A stretch of 64,000 nucleotides of DNA from the NCBI RefSeq assembly GCF_009914755.1, contig NC_060925.1; one strand, written 5' to 3'. Shown in pieces: positions 30,559 through 45,241 of the stretch. Both the position numbers and the translations under genes were made by a program. Positions within the stretch are counted from its first letter, which is position 1. The number at the start of each line of letters is the position of its first letter. The stretch is from the human T2T-CHM13v2.0 reference genome, Homo sapiens. The notes below the pieces were generated by a model, which did no database searches, was not told the DNA's origin, and saw only the letters and a list, made by a program, of their open reading frames with translations.

Positions 30559-32705
30559 CTCCATTTCTTAAACTTGCAATAATCTGGTGTGCTCCTTCAT
30601 GCTGAAGGGCACTGTCGTGAAACTTCTGTGGAAAACTCCATGGAAATTGGATAAGCCTGTGCTCTCAAAACTCTCTTAACTTCTTGATGCAATGTGTAAA
30701 CTTCATTTTAAAGAAAACTAGAGTGAAGAAAACAAACTTGCTTAATTTCTGAGTATTTTACATTCTAAGATGTCATGAAAATAATTATGTTTACTAAATA
30801 TTGAAGGACCAAGTAATGATGCATGATGGTAAAAATGCTAATTTCTGTATGTTTGGATGTGAGCCCTCAAATAATTTTAAATTGAATAGGAAATTTTATA
30901 ATATGATTGATTTTAGGTAAATCTACCACATTGTTAGCTTTTACAGAAAAGTCATCATATTGGTTTGCGTGGCCATAAAGGTACCTACCATGCCCTTATA
31001 CTATTCTCACTTCCAGCAGAAAATGCTGCTTTTATAGGACACTCGTGAACCTCTCTGAACGCCTCTGGCTTTCTCACAGTCTCTGTGGGGACTCAAGTTC
31101 CTCACCTGGAATGCTCCTCAGCCAGCCCTCTAAGTCAGTCGAGCGGAAGGCCTGCTGCTCTTTGGGGTGCAGTGTGCAAAACTTCTCTGCTGCGGCGCTT
31201 TCTCTGACCTCAGCATATGCAGACACCCAACTCCCATGATTCTCTGTCTGGACCTCCTTTCTTGCTATTGATCTCATTGATTGTACCTTGTCCTTGTTTG
31301 TCTTCTCTCCTGGGCTAAGAGCTCCCTGGGACAGGGCTGCTTTGGTGTGCCTGATGCCTGACACATAGGAGGGACCCCAGGGCTTGTGGGAAAAAATGAT
31401 CACAGAGCCAACTGTGTCCCTAAGTCTTTCAAGGGTATCTGCATATCACTGGTGCAGCCTTTCCACTGCAAGATCCCACTTTGCAAAATTTCCAAACAGG
31501 CAGTTAAAACCCTTCCTTCCTGCAGTAGGTCGCTTTGTTTTTGAATATTGATGACCTTCCGGGATTGATAGCTCACAATATGTAGGTCTCATGTTTTGTT
31601 GTCAGGTAAACAACAACATGTTGGGGATTCTGTCTGTGCACTCCTACTTGACTCCTGGCACATCTCACAGCACAGCCTGTGAACAAGCAGTTATGCCTGC
31701 TGTGTTCTCCATCTTAGCAGAATTCGATATTGTAGGAATAGGGAGCTTTACCTCGAGGGTTGTCAGATGCAATTGAGGATATAATTGTCAATAAACCTCT
31801 GATCTAAAGCCTAGCCATGATCAGCTGTTATAGTATTTTATGATGCCTCATAAATGATTAGGGGTGAAATGTGTTGAATCTCTCACTTCTGTTAATTACA
31901 CACTCTAAGTTACAGTTGACAAGTCCCCATGTTGAAGCAGAGGCCAGAACTATAATTAGATCTTGGAAACTTAGTAACTCTGCTGCCTTTTCAAAGGAAA
32001 AGAGGAATGACAAATAGTTTTCCTACCCTAATTTTAAGACTCACTCTTTTCACCTGACACTTAAATTCTGAATTCTATTTAAGTTCTTTATGTGTGTTTC
32101 TATCTGATTTTCCAACTTCAGCCCTATCTGAGCTGTGAGAACTTGACTCCTGCACTTGGAGAGAGCCCACTGTGAGGATCTGCGGTTGCCGAGGGCTCCT
32201 TTTGCTGTTCACTGCATCTCCCGTCCCTTGTCGAAGTATAGGACTCAATGCCCACCTTTCTTTTCTTCCTTAAAAACCATAGTGTGCCAGAGAAACGCTA
32301 GATAATATTTAGTTTAACAAGAACCTATTTCTAATACTATCCATTGAAATGTCTATAATAGTAAAACCTTGAAGGGGCATAGCATATTTTACAACTTAAG
32401 GGTATTCTCACATTTAGAATTTAATTTAACCTTCAGAACAACCCATTGCAGTGGTCATAGCAGGTATTAGGCCCATCTTACAAATGAGGGGCCCGAGCCG
32501 CCCAGGCAAGGGGCTGGCCAAAGGCCAAACCCAGGGAGCAGGCAGCAGCCTTGGTTGCAGGTCCCTCTGCACAGCACAGTGGATGAGGAACTGGGATTTC
32601 TGTTGACTGGAATCTTTTTTTCCCCAACATTGTATTATGAAAATTTCAAATATTATGAAAATTTGTTTTAAGAACTACAAGCAGTTCTGATTTTAATTGG
32701 TATAG

Positions 32706-33332
<627 letters not shown>

Positions 33333-34043
33333 AGTACTAAATTATCTGGAGTGAGGGGTAAGCTTCTATCATCATTGTGAAACCATGTTTTGATTTTTTT
33401 TTTTTAAATCTTGCAAGTTTGGTAGCTTGCTTTTTTTGACTCTGCCTCCAGCAAATTGAATTCAGTAAATTAAAAGTATTACAGGTTGGAAGTACATGAG
33501 TGAAAATGCATGTCAATTGGCTTTCAGAATGCCCGTCACCGTCTACTTCTCAGCGGTTAAGGCAGTCTGGTACTGACATGTTGGTTAGATCTTTCTCTCG
33601 TTAAGGTGAGAAGGTGCCTGTGAGGCCTTCATGGGGAGGCTGTTCTCCACACTATGTGATTGGATCTGCCTTTCTAGCTGCAGCAGTTAGTGTATTCATT
33701 CTGGCGGCATTCCTGTGCTGTCTGCCAATAAACTATTGACCCACGCTAGCCCTTAGCTGTGCTACTCATCTCTACTTAGTCTTTGAGCAACAGTAGAAGA
33801 AAAATTTCATTATTCACTCATGAATTTTTCTTTAATCTGTAACTATGCAATTATTCTACTACTGGCTATCCTCTTTTCCTCTTTTTTATTTCCAGGAATA
33901 ATTTTGGCTTTAAATGCTAGCCTGTTGCTCCAGACTTCTACCATATGTAGTTACATTTTAGGAAACGTCTAGTGGCCTGAAGTTTAGGCACAGAGTCTGG
34001 TGTTTGTTCACAGGGATCTTCTGTGGGGATGATACTTTACTCT

Positions 34044-34104
34044 GGTTTGTTCCATGGCTGGGTGACATTATACAGGTTTGTTCCATGGCTGGGTGACACT
34101 ACAC
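34044..34104. repeat. 31-bp tandem duplication
   Basis: GGTTTGTTCCATGGCTGGGTGACA(T/C)TA(T/C)AC twice. Confidence 0.92.
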
Positions 34105-34524
34105 GGCAAAGGAATACTTGAGCTGGGCTTCAAGGAAACATTTAGCTATGTGGTCATTGTAGAAAGCACAGATGACAAACGGGGGCTGAGTGTAAGTATC
34201 CACAAGTGATCACGGGTCAAGGCCTGAGGGCAACGCAGGGGCAGGCTGGGTTGCCATGCATTGTCCATGGGGCAGCATGAGAGGCTGTCCTAGGAGGCTG
34301 TTGCCAGGAAGTATGTGCTTGGTCCAGACTTCCCAGGTTCTCGTCAAAGACCAGACAGCAACCTGGACACAGAGGAACTCCTCAGTTCTTCTGAAATCCT
34401 GAAGCTCTAAAACAATGAAACAGAAATGGATGCAGCAGCTGTCATAGGTATTAGTCAATACCTAAGTGTTAAGAACAGTAAAACATTAACTAATAGCGAT
34501 GTTAATTTTCACAAAATAGTCATC

Positions 34525-34815
34525 TTTTTTTTTTTTTTTTTTTTTGGGAGATGGAGTTTTGCTCTTGTTGCATAGGCTGGAGTGCAGTGGTGTGATCTTG
34601 GCTCACTGCCACCTCCGCCTCCTGGGTTCAAGTGATTTTCCTGCCTCAGCCTCCTGAGTACAGGTGCCTGCCACTACGCCCGGCCAATTTTTGTATTTTT
34701 AGTAGAGACAGGGTTTCACCATGTTGGCCAGGCTGGTCTCGAACTCCTGACCTCAAGTGATCCACCTCGGCCTCTCAAAGTGCTGGGATTACAGGTGTGA
34801 GCCACCCGACATGAC
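34525..34815 (-). mobile_element. Alu
   Basis: Antisense Alu; TSD CAAAATAGTCATC. Confidence 0.95.
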
Positions 34816-34954
34816 CAAAATAGTCATCCTTAACTGGTTTGGACCATCTTTCATTAGTAAAATCAAAAGCATATGTGCACAGTAAAATTCCTAGCTGCAG
34901 ACGCAGGCTCACCTCCCACAGCCAACCCCTTAGCCCCTTGAACTGCTCGCATGA

Positions 34955-35328
<374 letters not shown>

Positions 35329-36849
35329 ATTTGTGTTCTTAGCATGCTTTGAGACTGTTCCACGCTTTCCTTTTTTGAATTTCCCCCCTGCCAAGGTCCA
35401 GCTTATGACTAGAGGCAGGCAGTGTGGATGTGACACAGTCTGATCCGTGTCCTGCACCATGTGAACACCTTTGTTGAGTGTATCTGCACATATGGATGTA
35501 TCAGAAAACTTTTAGGAGCAAAATTGCTAAATCAAAGGCATACTCTTTAAATATCAATAAAGGTACATTGCCCTCTGAAGAACTTGACCAATTTACACTC
35601 CCACTTACAGAGCAGGAAGCCCAACCATTTAAAATGCACAACTTTTTAAAAGAGATTTATGGTTTATATTTTTATTGTAATATTGGCCATCAATTTTATG
35701 GTAGCCATGAAGACTGTGTCCTTTTATTCTACAAGTAGCAGTCACACAGGCTTCTGGAGCGTCGCATTATGACGTACACGTCATGGGAATCCCCGGTGAC
35801 AGTCCCTGCTGTGGAAGAAAGTGGAGCAGAACCTGGGTCCAGAACAAGGGCAAGATGAAGTCAGACCTAGGGCTTTTGGAAATGCTGGATGAGCATCAGC
35901 AGCAGTCTGAAGATGCTGTACTGTGTATTTTATTGTGGGTTAACAGAATCATGTCAAAATTCTGTTCCTAGAAAAAGTTCATTGTTTTGGTGAAAATCCA
36001 GGATTTATACCTTATCATCCAAAAATTGCATGCAGAGTTTTAAATATTGTAATGTGCCAGAGCCCCATTCCAGACCAGCAGGCAGTGGAGGGGCCCCGCG
36101 CTGTTCTCCTCTCCGCTGCCAGACAGTGGCCTCCTGAGTGGGAAGCTCCGAGCAAGAGCCCAAAGAACATTCACTTACAGGACCTCCCAGGTGGCTCAGT
36201 TATTAGTCTAGCTTAAGAATCACACAGCTGAGAATCTTCAGTGGGAGGGCATATCTTTGAAGAGTGGGTGTTTGTATCTGTTTCTCTTTTGTTTTCTCTA
36301 GGATTATTTTTTAATGGCTAATGCATTCTTAATGGTTTAAAAATCAAAGCCGCTTGAGAAGGTGAACACTGAAGGCTCCCTGCCCATCCCATCACTCCAT
36401 TTCTTCCTCTAGCCCTGCAGGTAACCACTAGTTAGTTTGTGAATCCTCCCAGAGGTTCTTAATGTAGATACAGATATTTTTATTAGCCTTCCCTTTCTTA
36501 AAAGATAACATGTTACATACACCATCTTTTGTACACCTAAACTCTATCTTGGAGCTTTTCCACTTCTCAGTACATTGAGAGCTTTCTCATTAAAGGCTGC
36601 ATAGGGTTCCATTTTGTGGAAATAATGTTTTCTTTAGCCAGTTTCTTATTGATGAACTGGGTCATTTCCAATTGGGTCATTTCTAGTTCTCTTTTGAGGT
36701 AATTGCAAAATAATTTAGTTAAACAGCATCCTTAATTTTTGTTTTCACTGATATGCTCCTCTCATTTATCAGAAAAGGTAATAATTTTCCTTCCAATTTA
36801 GGCCTTTCCCTATACATTGGCAGGAACCATTTAGAAAATTTGATGGAAG

Positions 36850-38128
36850 TAGGGAGCAAATCCAACAAGAGGTGTGCAAGACTTTTTATTCATGAAAACT
36901 TTAAATCCTGCTGAAATAAATATAGGAAGACCGACCTAAATGGAGACATACTATATTTGGGGATAAAAAGACTCAATATTAGAAAGCTGTTAATCTTCCA
37001 AAATTAGTAAATTCAGTGCAGTTTAATGAAACTGCCAAATGGAATTAAAAATAGAATTTGACATGCTCATTTTAAAGTTCATATTTAGAAAATAACCAAG
37101 AAAAGAGAACAAGGTGGGCATGTGGAGACTTGGCCTCCCAGATATAAAATAAACTGCAAAACTTATTTTGCAGTTTAAAAGAATATAGTGAGCTCAGGTT
37201 TGTCCAAACTGATCCACAGAAGAGCAGCATCTAGAAACCTTCCCATGTATCTAAGAAACCTTCCCAAGAATTTTTTTTTTAAATGATGTAACACTTTATA
37301 TCAGTAAGGACTGTTCACAGATGGTGTTAAACCCATCTGCTACCCATTTGATTAAAAAAGGAAGGTTGGGCCAGGCAGGGTGGCTCACGCCTGTAATCTC
37401 AGTAGTTTGGGAGGCTGAGGCCAGCAGATGGCTTGAGCCCAGGAATTCGAGACCAGCCTGGGCAACATGGCAAAACCCCATCTCTACAAAAAATGCAAAA
37501 ATTAGCCAGGCGTGGTAGTTCATGCTTGTAGTTCCAGTGATGGGGAGGCTGAGGTGGGAGGATCACATGAGCCCAGGGAGGTCGAGGCTGCAGTGAGCTG
37601 TGATCACACCACTCCACTCCAGCCTGGGCAACAGAGTGAGACTTAGTCTCAAAAAAAAGGGAAGGTTGAATTTTTACTTCATATTCAAAAAAATTAACTT
37701 CAGTTGGATTAAAGAGCTAAAACTAGAAGCAAAGTTTTTCTTCTAAAACATTGGAAGACAATATTGCATTTTTTATAATCAAAGGGTCTTTCTGAAAGTG
37801 ACACAAAGTCCCCCATCTGTAAGGGAAAAGTTTGAGATTTGAGTATGCAAATTGGTATTTTCCATAAGACAAAAGAAAGCATAAAGGAAAGCAATGAGCT
37901 GTATAAAATATTCACAAAATATCTATCCGAAGATGTATATCAGATATATAGAGAGACCCTAACAAGATCAGTAAGACAGAAAGAAACTCACTTAAAAAAA
38001 GTCAGTGCGCTTTTCTACATTTTTTTCCAAAATAAAGGATTGGCAAAGCACATAAGCAGACCATTCATCAAAGAAGTAAAGATGACTGATTAATAAGAAA
38101 AAGATGGTAACATCACTAATAATCAGTA
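36850..38128 (+). mobile_element. old L1 ORF2 3' region, interrupted by an Alu
   Basis: aaatggagacatacta...aagactcaatatt L1M ORF2-like text. Confidence 0.65.
37369..37658 (+). mobile_element. Alu (J-like)
   Basis: Sense Alu; TSD AAAAAAGGAAGGTTG-like. Confidence 0.93.
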
Positions 38129-38390
38129 AGGCCAGGCACAGTTCATGCCTGACTTTGGGATCCCTTGAACCCAGGAGTTCGAGACCATCCTGGGCAAAAT
38201 GGCGAAACCCCATCTCTACAAAAAATACAAAAATTAGCTGGGCGTGATGGCACGTGCCTGTAGTCCCAGCCGCTTGGGGGGCTGAGGTGAGAGGATCACT
38301 TGAGCCCAGGAGTTCAAGGCTGCAGTGAGCCGTGTTTGCGCCACTGCCCTCTAGCCTGAGTGACAAAGTGAGACACTATTAAAAAAAAAA
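38129..38390 (+). mobile_element. Alu (J-like) with left-arm deletion
   Basis: Sense Alu; TSD AATCAGTAA. Confidence 0.92.
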
Positions 38391-39520
38391 TCAGTAAAAT
38401 GTAAATCCTTGCATTCCTGATGTTGATACGCATGGCTTCTTTTTTAAAAACGTTCAGTCTTACTAGAGGTTTCTCAATAATTTTTTCGAAGCAACAGCTC
38501 CCGGCTTCATTCATATTCCATTTTTGTTTTCAATTTCATTGATGTCTGCTTTTTGTCTTCCTTTGTTCTGCTAGTTGTGGGTTCATTTTACTTATCGTTT
38601 TCTGTTACTGTGGATGCTCAGATTATTGATCTGAAACCTTCTTTCATAATAAAAGCACTCAATGCAATAAATTTCCCTCTAAGCACTGCATTATCTGTGC
38701 CCACGTATTTTAATATGCTATAATTTCACTTTTCTTCCCTTTAAAATATGTTCTGATTTCTCTTGAGAATTCCTCTTTGGTGATTTATTTATGACTATGT
38801 TGTTTAACTTCCAGGCAATTTCAGATTCTCCTGTTATCCTTCTATTACTGAATTTTAGTTCAATTCCATTATGGTCAGAAACATACTTTGTATGATTTCA
38901 GTTATTTTACATTCATTAAAGTTTATTTTATAAACCAGGATATGGTCTTAGAGATATGTTCCACGTGGCCTTGGAAGAATATATGTATTACGCTGTTGTT
39001 GGGTGGAGTGCTATAAATGTCAGTTACAGCCACTTGATTAATGATACTCAGTTCTTCCATCTTGGCTAGTTTTCTATTAGTTCTATTACTGTTAGGAGTA
39101 TTGAAGTCTTCAACTGTAATGGTGAATTTGTCTAGTTCTCCTTTCAGTTGTCAGATTTCCTTCACATATTTTGCCTCAGCACAATCTTCTTTGTCATGTT
39201 AGCCTTTTTCCAGTAATTCACCTGTCCACCATAGCCATCTGCTTCCTGTCATAACCCTGCTTTCCCTGGGCGTATGGAGAATCCTATGTTCTATTGTTCT
39301 ATACTGTCTCACTTTTTAGGGATTATGCTTGCCTCACTTACAGTAAGTCCAGCAGGTTTTAGAGAGTGTCGCTATGCTTGTGCACTGTGGACACAGAAGC
39401 TCATACACGGTGAAGTTCTGCTGCCAGGTGCGTACACCTTTAAACATGCTGCGTCTTCTTGGTGAATTGACCCTTTTATATAAAAACCCTCTTTATCTCT
39501 GGTAATTTCCTTTGCTCTGA

Positions 39521-39901
<381 letters not shown>

Positions 39902-40093
39902 TAACCTACTCATATGGTTGCATTTAAAATGAATTTGTTGTAGACATCATATAGCTGAATCATGTTACTGTCTTTTAATTGGTGTGTTTACACTATTTAC
40001 ATTTAATGTAGTTACTAATGTGTGTGGTTTCTGTTTGTTCTCTGTTTTTTGTTCTTTGGTTCCCCCTTCTGTTTTCTTCTGGGTTATTTGAAC

Positions 40094-40420
40094 TTTTTGT
40101 TGTTGTGGTGGTGGTGGTGGTGGTTGTTGTTGAGATGGAGTCTCGCCCTGTCGCCCAGGCCGGAGTGCAGTGGTGCGATCTTGGCTCACTGCAACTACCG
40201 CCTTCTGGGTTCTGGGTTCAAGTGATTCTCCTGCCTCAGCCTCCTGAGTAGCTGAGACTACAGGCACCTGCCACCATACCCGGCTAGTTTTGTATTTTTA
40301 GTAGAGACAGGGTTTCACCACGTTGGCCAGGCTGGTCTTGAACTCCTCACCTCAGATGATCCACCTGCCTGGGCCTCCCAAAGTCTTGGGATTAACAGGC
40401 GTGAGCCACTGCACCCGGCG
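40094..40420 (-). mobile_element. Alu with (GTT)/(GGT)n tail
   Basis: Antisense Alu. Confidence 0.94.
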
Positions 40421-41156
40421 CATTTGAACATGTTTAGTATTCCATTTTATCTATTATGATTTTGACTATATCTTTGTATAAAGTTTTGAAAGGAAAACAG
40501 CCTATTTAGAACCGTTTTTGTCACTTAAATATGCTTGGAATACAGAAACCTTCCCACCATGTGGGTCCCTTTACTCGCCCCTCTTTCTGTTACAGTTGTC
40601 TTATATATTGCATCTACATAGGTTGGAAACCCTATCAGATGATGTTATATTTTTTGCTTTCAACAATCAAACATGTTATAAAAACTCAAGAGGAGACTAG
40701 TCTATTCTATTTTACCCAGATAGTTGCCATTTTGGTTGCTTTTCTTCATTCCTGATGTTGCAGGTTTCCTTTTGGTGCTGTTTGTCTCTGAAGGACCAGC
40801 TGCCTGTGCAGTTCCTTTGAGCGGGTCAGCTGCTGCCATTCCTCTCTGTTTTCATGCATCTGACAATGTCTTTATTTCACTTTCATTCCTGAGGGATACC
40901 TCATTGGCTAGGAATTCTGAATTGACAGTTATTTTCTTTCAGCACTTTAAAAAATGGGCCACTTCCTTCTGACCTCCTCGGTTTCTGATGAAAATTCCGA
41001 CGTCACTCAAATTGTTGTTTCCCTACAGGTAATGTGTCATTTTTCTCTGGCTGTTTTCAAGATGTCTTTTAGTTTTCAGCAGTTTATGATGTGTCTGGGC
41101 ATTGACTTCTTTGAATTTATCCTGTTTAGGATTTACTCAGCTTCTTGAATCTGTAA

Positions 41157-41518
<362 letters not shown>

Positions 41519-42994
41519 AGCACTGCACTCTCTTTTATCCATCTGTGACATGACTGTGAGACCTGTCAGTATCATCCCACAGGTCCCTGAAAGTCTGTTC
41601 ATTTTTCAGTGACTTTTCTATTCATATTGGATGATTTTATCAATCTGTCTTTCTCTTGTCATCTCCATTCCATTGAGTCTATCCAGTGAATTTTTAAAAT
41701 GTTATAGTATTTTTCAGTTCTAATATTTTCCTTTGGTTCTGCTTTATATCATCTATTTCTTTACTGATAATTTCTATTTTAATATGTTTCAGGAGTGATT
41801 GCTTCTCTGAGCTTTTTATTATTAACTACTTTAAAGTCTATAATGGCTTCTGTTGTCTTTTCCCATTAGAATTATTTTCATGGTTCTTTATATGCTGAAT
41901 AATTCGGGATTGTATTCTAGATATTTGAATGTTACATGAGGAGACGCGGCTTTTAAGTAAGTCCTATAGAAAATGTTGATACTATTGTTTTATTATAGCA
42001 GGAAATTGATCTGGTGAGGCTCAGGCCGAAAACTCCAACCTTCTGTGAGTTTTGGTCCCAATGTCACTTCAGTTTTCAAAGCTTTTGCAGTGCTATTTGG
42101 ATTCATCCCATATGGGCCCCATCTTGTGGTCTGAGGCCTGACAGGGCTCACCTGCAAGCTCGGTTCTCTGCTGTCTTTGATATGGACTTAGGATCAGTTC
42201 TACCCATAAGCACTGTGAACATGTGAGTAGGTGGGGAAGGGCTAGTGTTCATAAAAAACTTTGTGGAGTCACTTTCTTAAGCTCTTCTCTCTCTGCTCTC
42301 TCCCTAGCACTTTCTAGTTCCCTGGGGCTCCCCTTTTTTGGTCCTGTGGCCCAAAATTGCCCACTTCTGCAATTAAGCCATATCCTTCAGAGAGGAAAAA
42401 AAGCGCATCAGCTCAGCCCCGCGCTCTTGGTGATGCAGCTGTACTTGGTGGAGATGTGCGAGGCTGTCCCTCAGGCTTCCGACTCCTGCAGGCTCCCACT
42501 GGCAGCCAGGGGGTGACCTGGGAGCTTCAGCACGAAAAAATGGGGAAAAGGAGAGGTAAGAGGGGCATTTCCCCCACTCTCTGAGCTTCAGCTCTTCCTT
42601 CCCCTCCTGTCCCTCGAGCCAGGCTGCTTCTGGATCTCCGCACCACGGTACTTACTTCTGTGTTTTGGCCTGTGTTAAGGCTGGATGATACATGAAGAAG
42701 AAAAAAGGAAGACTCACCACCACTTTAGTGGTCCTTAGAAGTCTAGTGTACCCAATCTGTGCGTTGCTATTTACTTTTCAGAGTCCTTAAATAGCTGTGT
42801 GACACAGTCCGTCCATATTTTATAGATGTGTTCAGTAAGAACAAAGTGGGGGAAATGGGTGCTTCCTCCATCTTCCTGGAACTAGAATCTTCCCTAAGAT
42901 ATTAAGGGAAAAAAAAGTGGAGAATGTCTATTGCATTATCCAATATTTGTGCAAAAACAAATGTGTGCATGTATCTCCATAGATAAATGCTTAG

Positions 42995-43450
<456 letters not shown>

Positions 43451-43687
43451 TAACTTTCAAAACCATAAGAAGATGTGATGGAAAAGACTGGGAAAAATTA
43501 TAGCTCAACTCAAAGTGTATATACACTATTTATCTTTTCCCGGACATAACTAATGTGTCTTGTTAAACATTTATCTACTGAAAAATCCATTTAGGAGTCA
43601 ATATGATCATACATTTTCTTCAAGTCATTTATGTACTAAGCAGAATTACTTCTCACAAAAGAGTCTCAGCTTGTAATGTTAATTAAC

Positions 43688-43693
43688 TTTATT
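43688..43693 (-). terminator. candidate distal poly(A) signal of CCSAP
   Basis: AATAAA on the minus strand with UGUA ~19 nt upstream (43715-43712) and a U/GU-rich element downstream. Confidence 0.7.
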
Positions 43694-44441
43694 CACATTT
43701 TTCCAAGTAAATACAATATTAACTATAAGCTAAAAACAATACATAGTTCTTAGAAAATACAACCCCGAATTATTGTGTGGCCTGGGCTTTGTGATTATGT
43801 GCCCAGCCTTTGTTCCTCCAGAATTTTAAAGTGAATGCAGTGCTCAAAACAAACTTACGATAGCACAGGGAAACCTTCCCTAAATAAAGTTTTGTTATTA
43901 GAAGAGAAATCCAAAAAGAGGCCTCTACTGCCTTCATTCAAGTGTCGAGAATTTCAAAATGGAAATAATATTAAAAGAGCAATCGATTTTTTTCCATCTC
44001 ACACTAGTAGGCTTGAAGGAGGCAAATTTGGACCAAAAATCTAGACATAGCTCCTTGCATAGGGTTTGATATTAAGCACACACTTGCACTGAATAACTCC
44101 ATATCCACCCTATAGTACAAAAATTCATTTCAAATGCAAACGTTGTGCAATGACCAGGTCATATTTTTAAGATCACTCTTTAAAATATCATTTTACTGAT
44201 CACAAAATTATATAATAAGGATCTTATATGGGTTAGGTATTAAGTTTGATACCAAAGCAACTATAGCATCAAGCTACATAAATATTAGCACCATTTTTTA
44301 TCTAGTCCAGTGAAATGTAAAACTATCCATCAAACTGTTTTTTACCAAAGCAGTCAACAAGAAAAATTGTTTTACTTCTGATATATGCTTTGCTCCTCCT
44401 CCTCTTTGCTAGTAATACTTTTGAACACTTTAAAGAAAGTA

Positions 44442-44787
44442 CAGTCGGCCCTCTGTATCCGTGAGTTCTGCATCCATGGATTCAACCAAATACAAATTGA
44501 AAATATTTGGGGGCAAAAAGGATGGTTTCACTTGTGCTGAACATGTACAGGCTTTTTTTTCCTTGTCATTATTCCCTAAACAATATAGTATAACAACTAT
44601 TTACAGAGCATTTACATTGTATTAGGTATTTTAAGTAATCTAGAGATGATTTAAAGCATACAGGAGGATGTGTCTAGGATATATGCAAATACTACACCAT
44701 TTTATAGAAGGGGTTTGAGTATCCATGGAGTTTGGCATCCTAAGGGAGGCCTGGAACCAATGCCCCATGGATACTGAGAGGCGACTG
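44442..44787 (+). mobile_element. full-length MER2 (Tigger MITE) in the CCSAP 3'UTR
   Basis: TA|CAGTCGGCCCTCTGTATCC ... GGATACTGAGAGGCGACTG|TA terminal repeats with TA duplication. Confidence 0.9.
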
Positions 44788-45113
44788 TACCATAACATTC
44801 CATTTACAAAGTGTGTGCCCAGAACAGCATTATCAACCTGAAAAAGGATAGTGGAAGACCCTACAGATTTTTTTTAACTTACGAATTGTGCAGAATTATC
44901 TTCTGGAAGTTATGGCTTCCAATAACAGCCATCTTGCTTGCTCTCGTTCTTACAATTTAGTCAGCTGAGTTCAAGTGACCCAAGTATAAATACCCTTCAA
45001 GTTGCTAGCAATTGATCTTCGATGAAACACAATGACAAAGATATTACATATGAAATGGTATAAATATGTGCCTCCTACCTAATACGCAAGTAAGATCACC
45101 TATAGCCTATTAT

Positions 45114-45241
45114 ACATTTATTCATTTTTAAAATGAATCTTTTGAAGATCCATTTATTCACATTTTTCCAAGTAAATAGAATATTAACTATAACTACTAA
45201 CTATAATCTTTTAAAGATTCATTTTAAAAGTGAATAAATGT
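45114..45241. repeat. 36-bp inverted repeat (33/36 matched) around a 56-nt loop that holds a 41-bp copy of 43688-43728
   Basis: Arms 45114-45149 and 45206-45241 aligned by hand; loop segment 45153-45193 is 40/41 identical to 43688-43728. Confidence 0.92.

Noticed and set aside
45114-45241. The hairpin as a pre-miRNA or MITE
   Set aside because: The 56-nt loop is too large for a typical Drosha substrate, and I see no target-site duplication or known terminal repeat; kept only as a poly(A)/repair finding.
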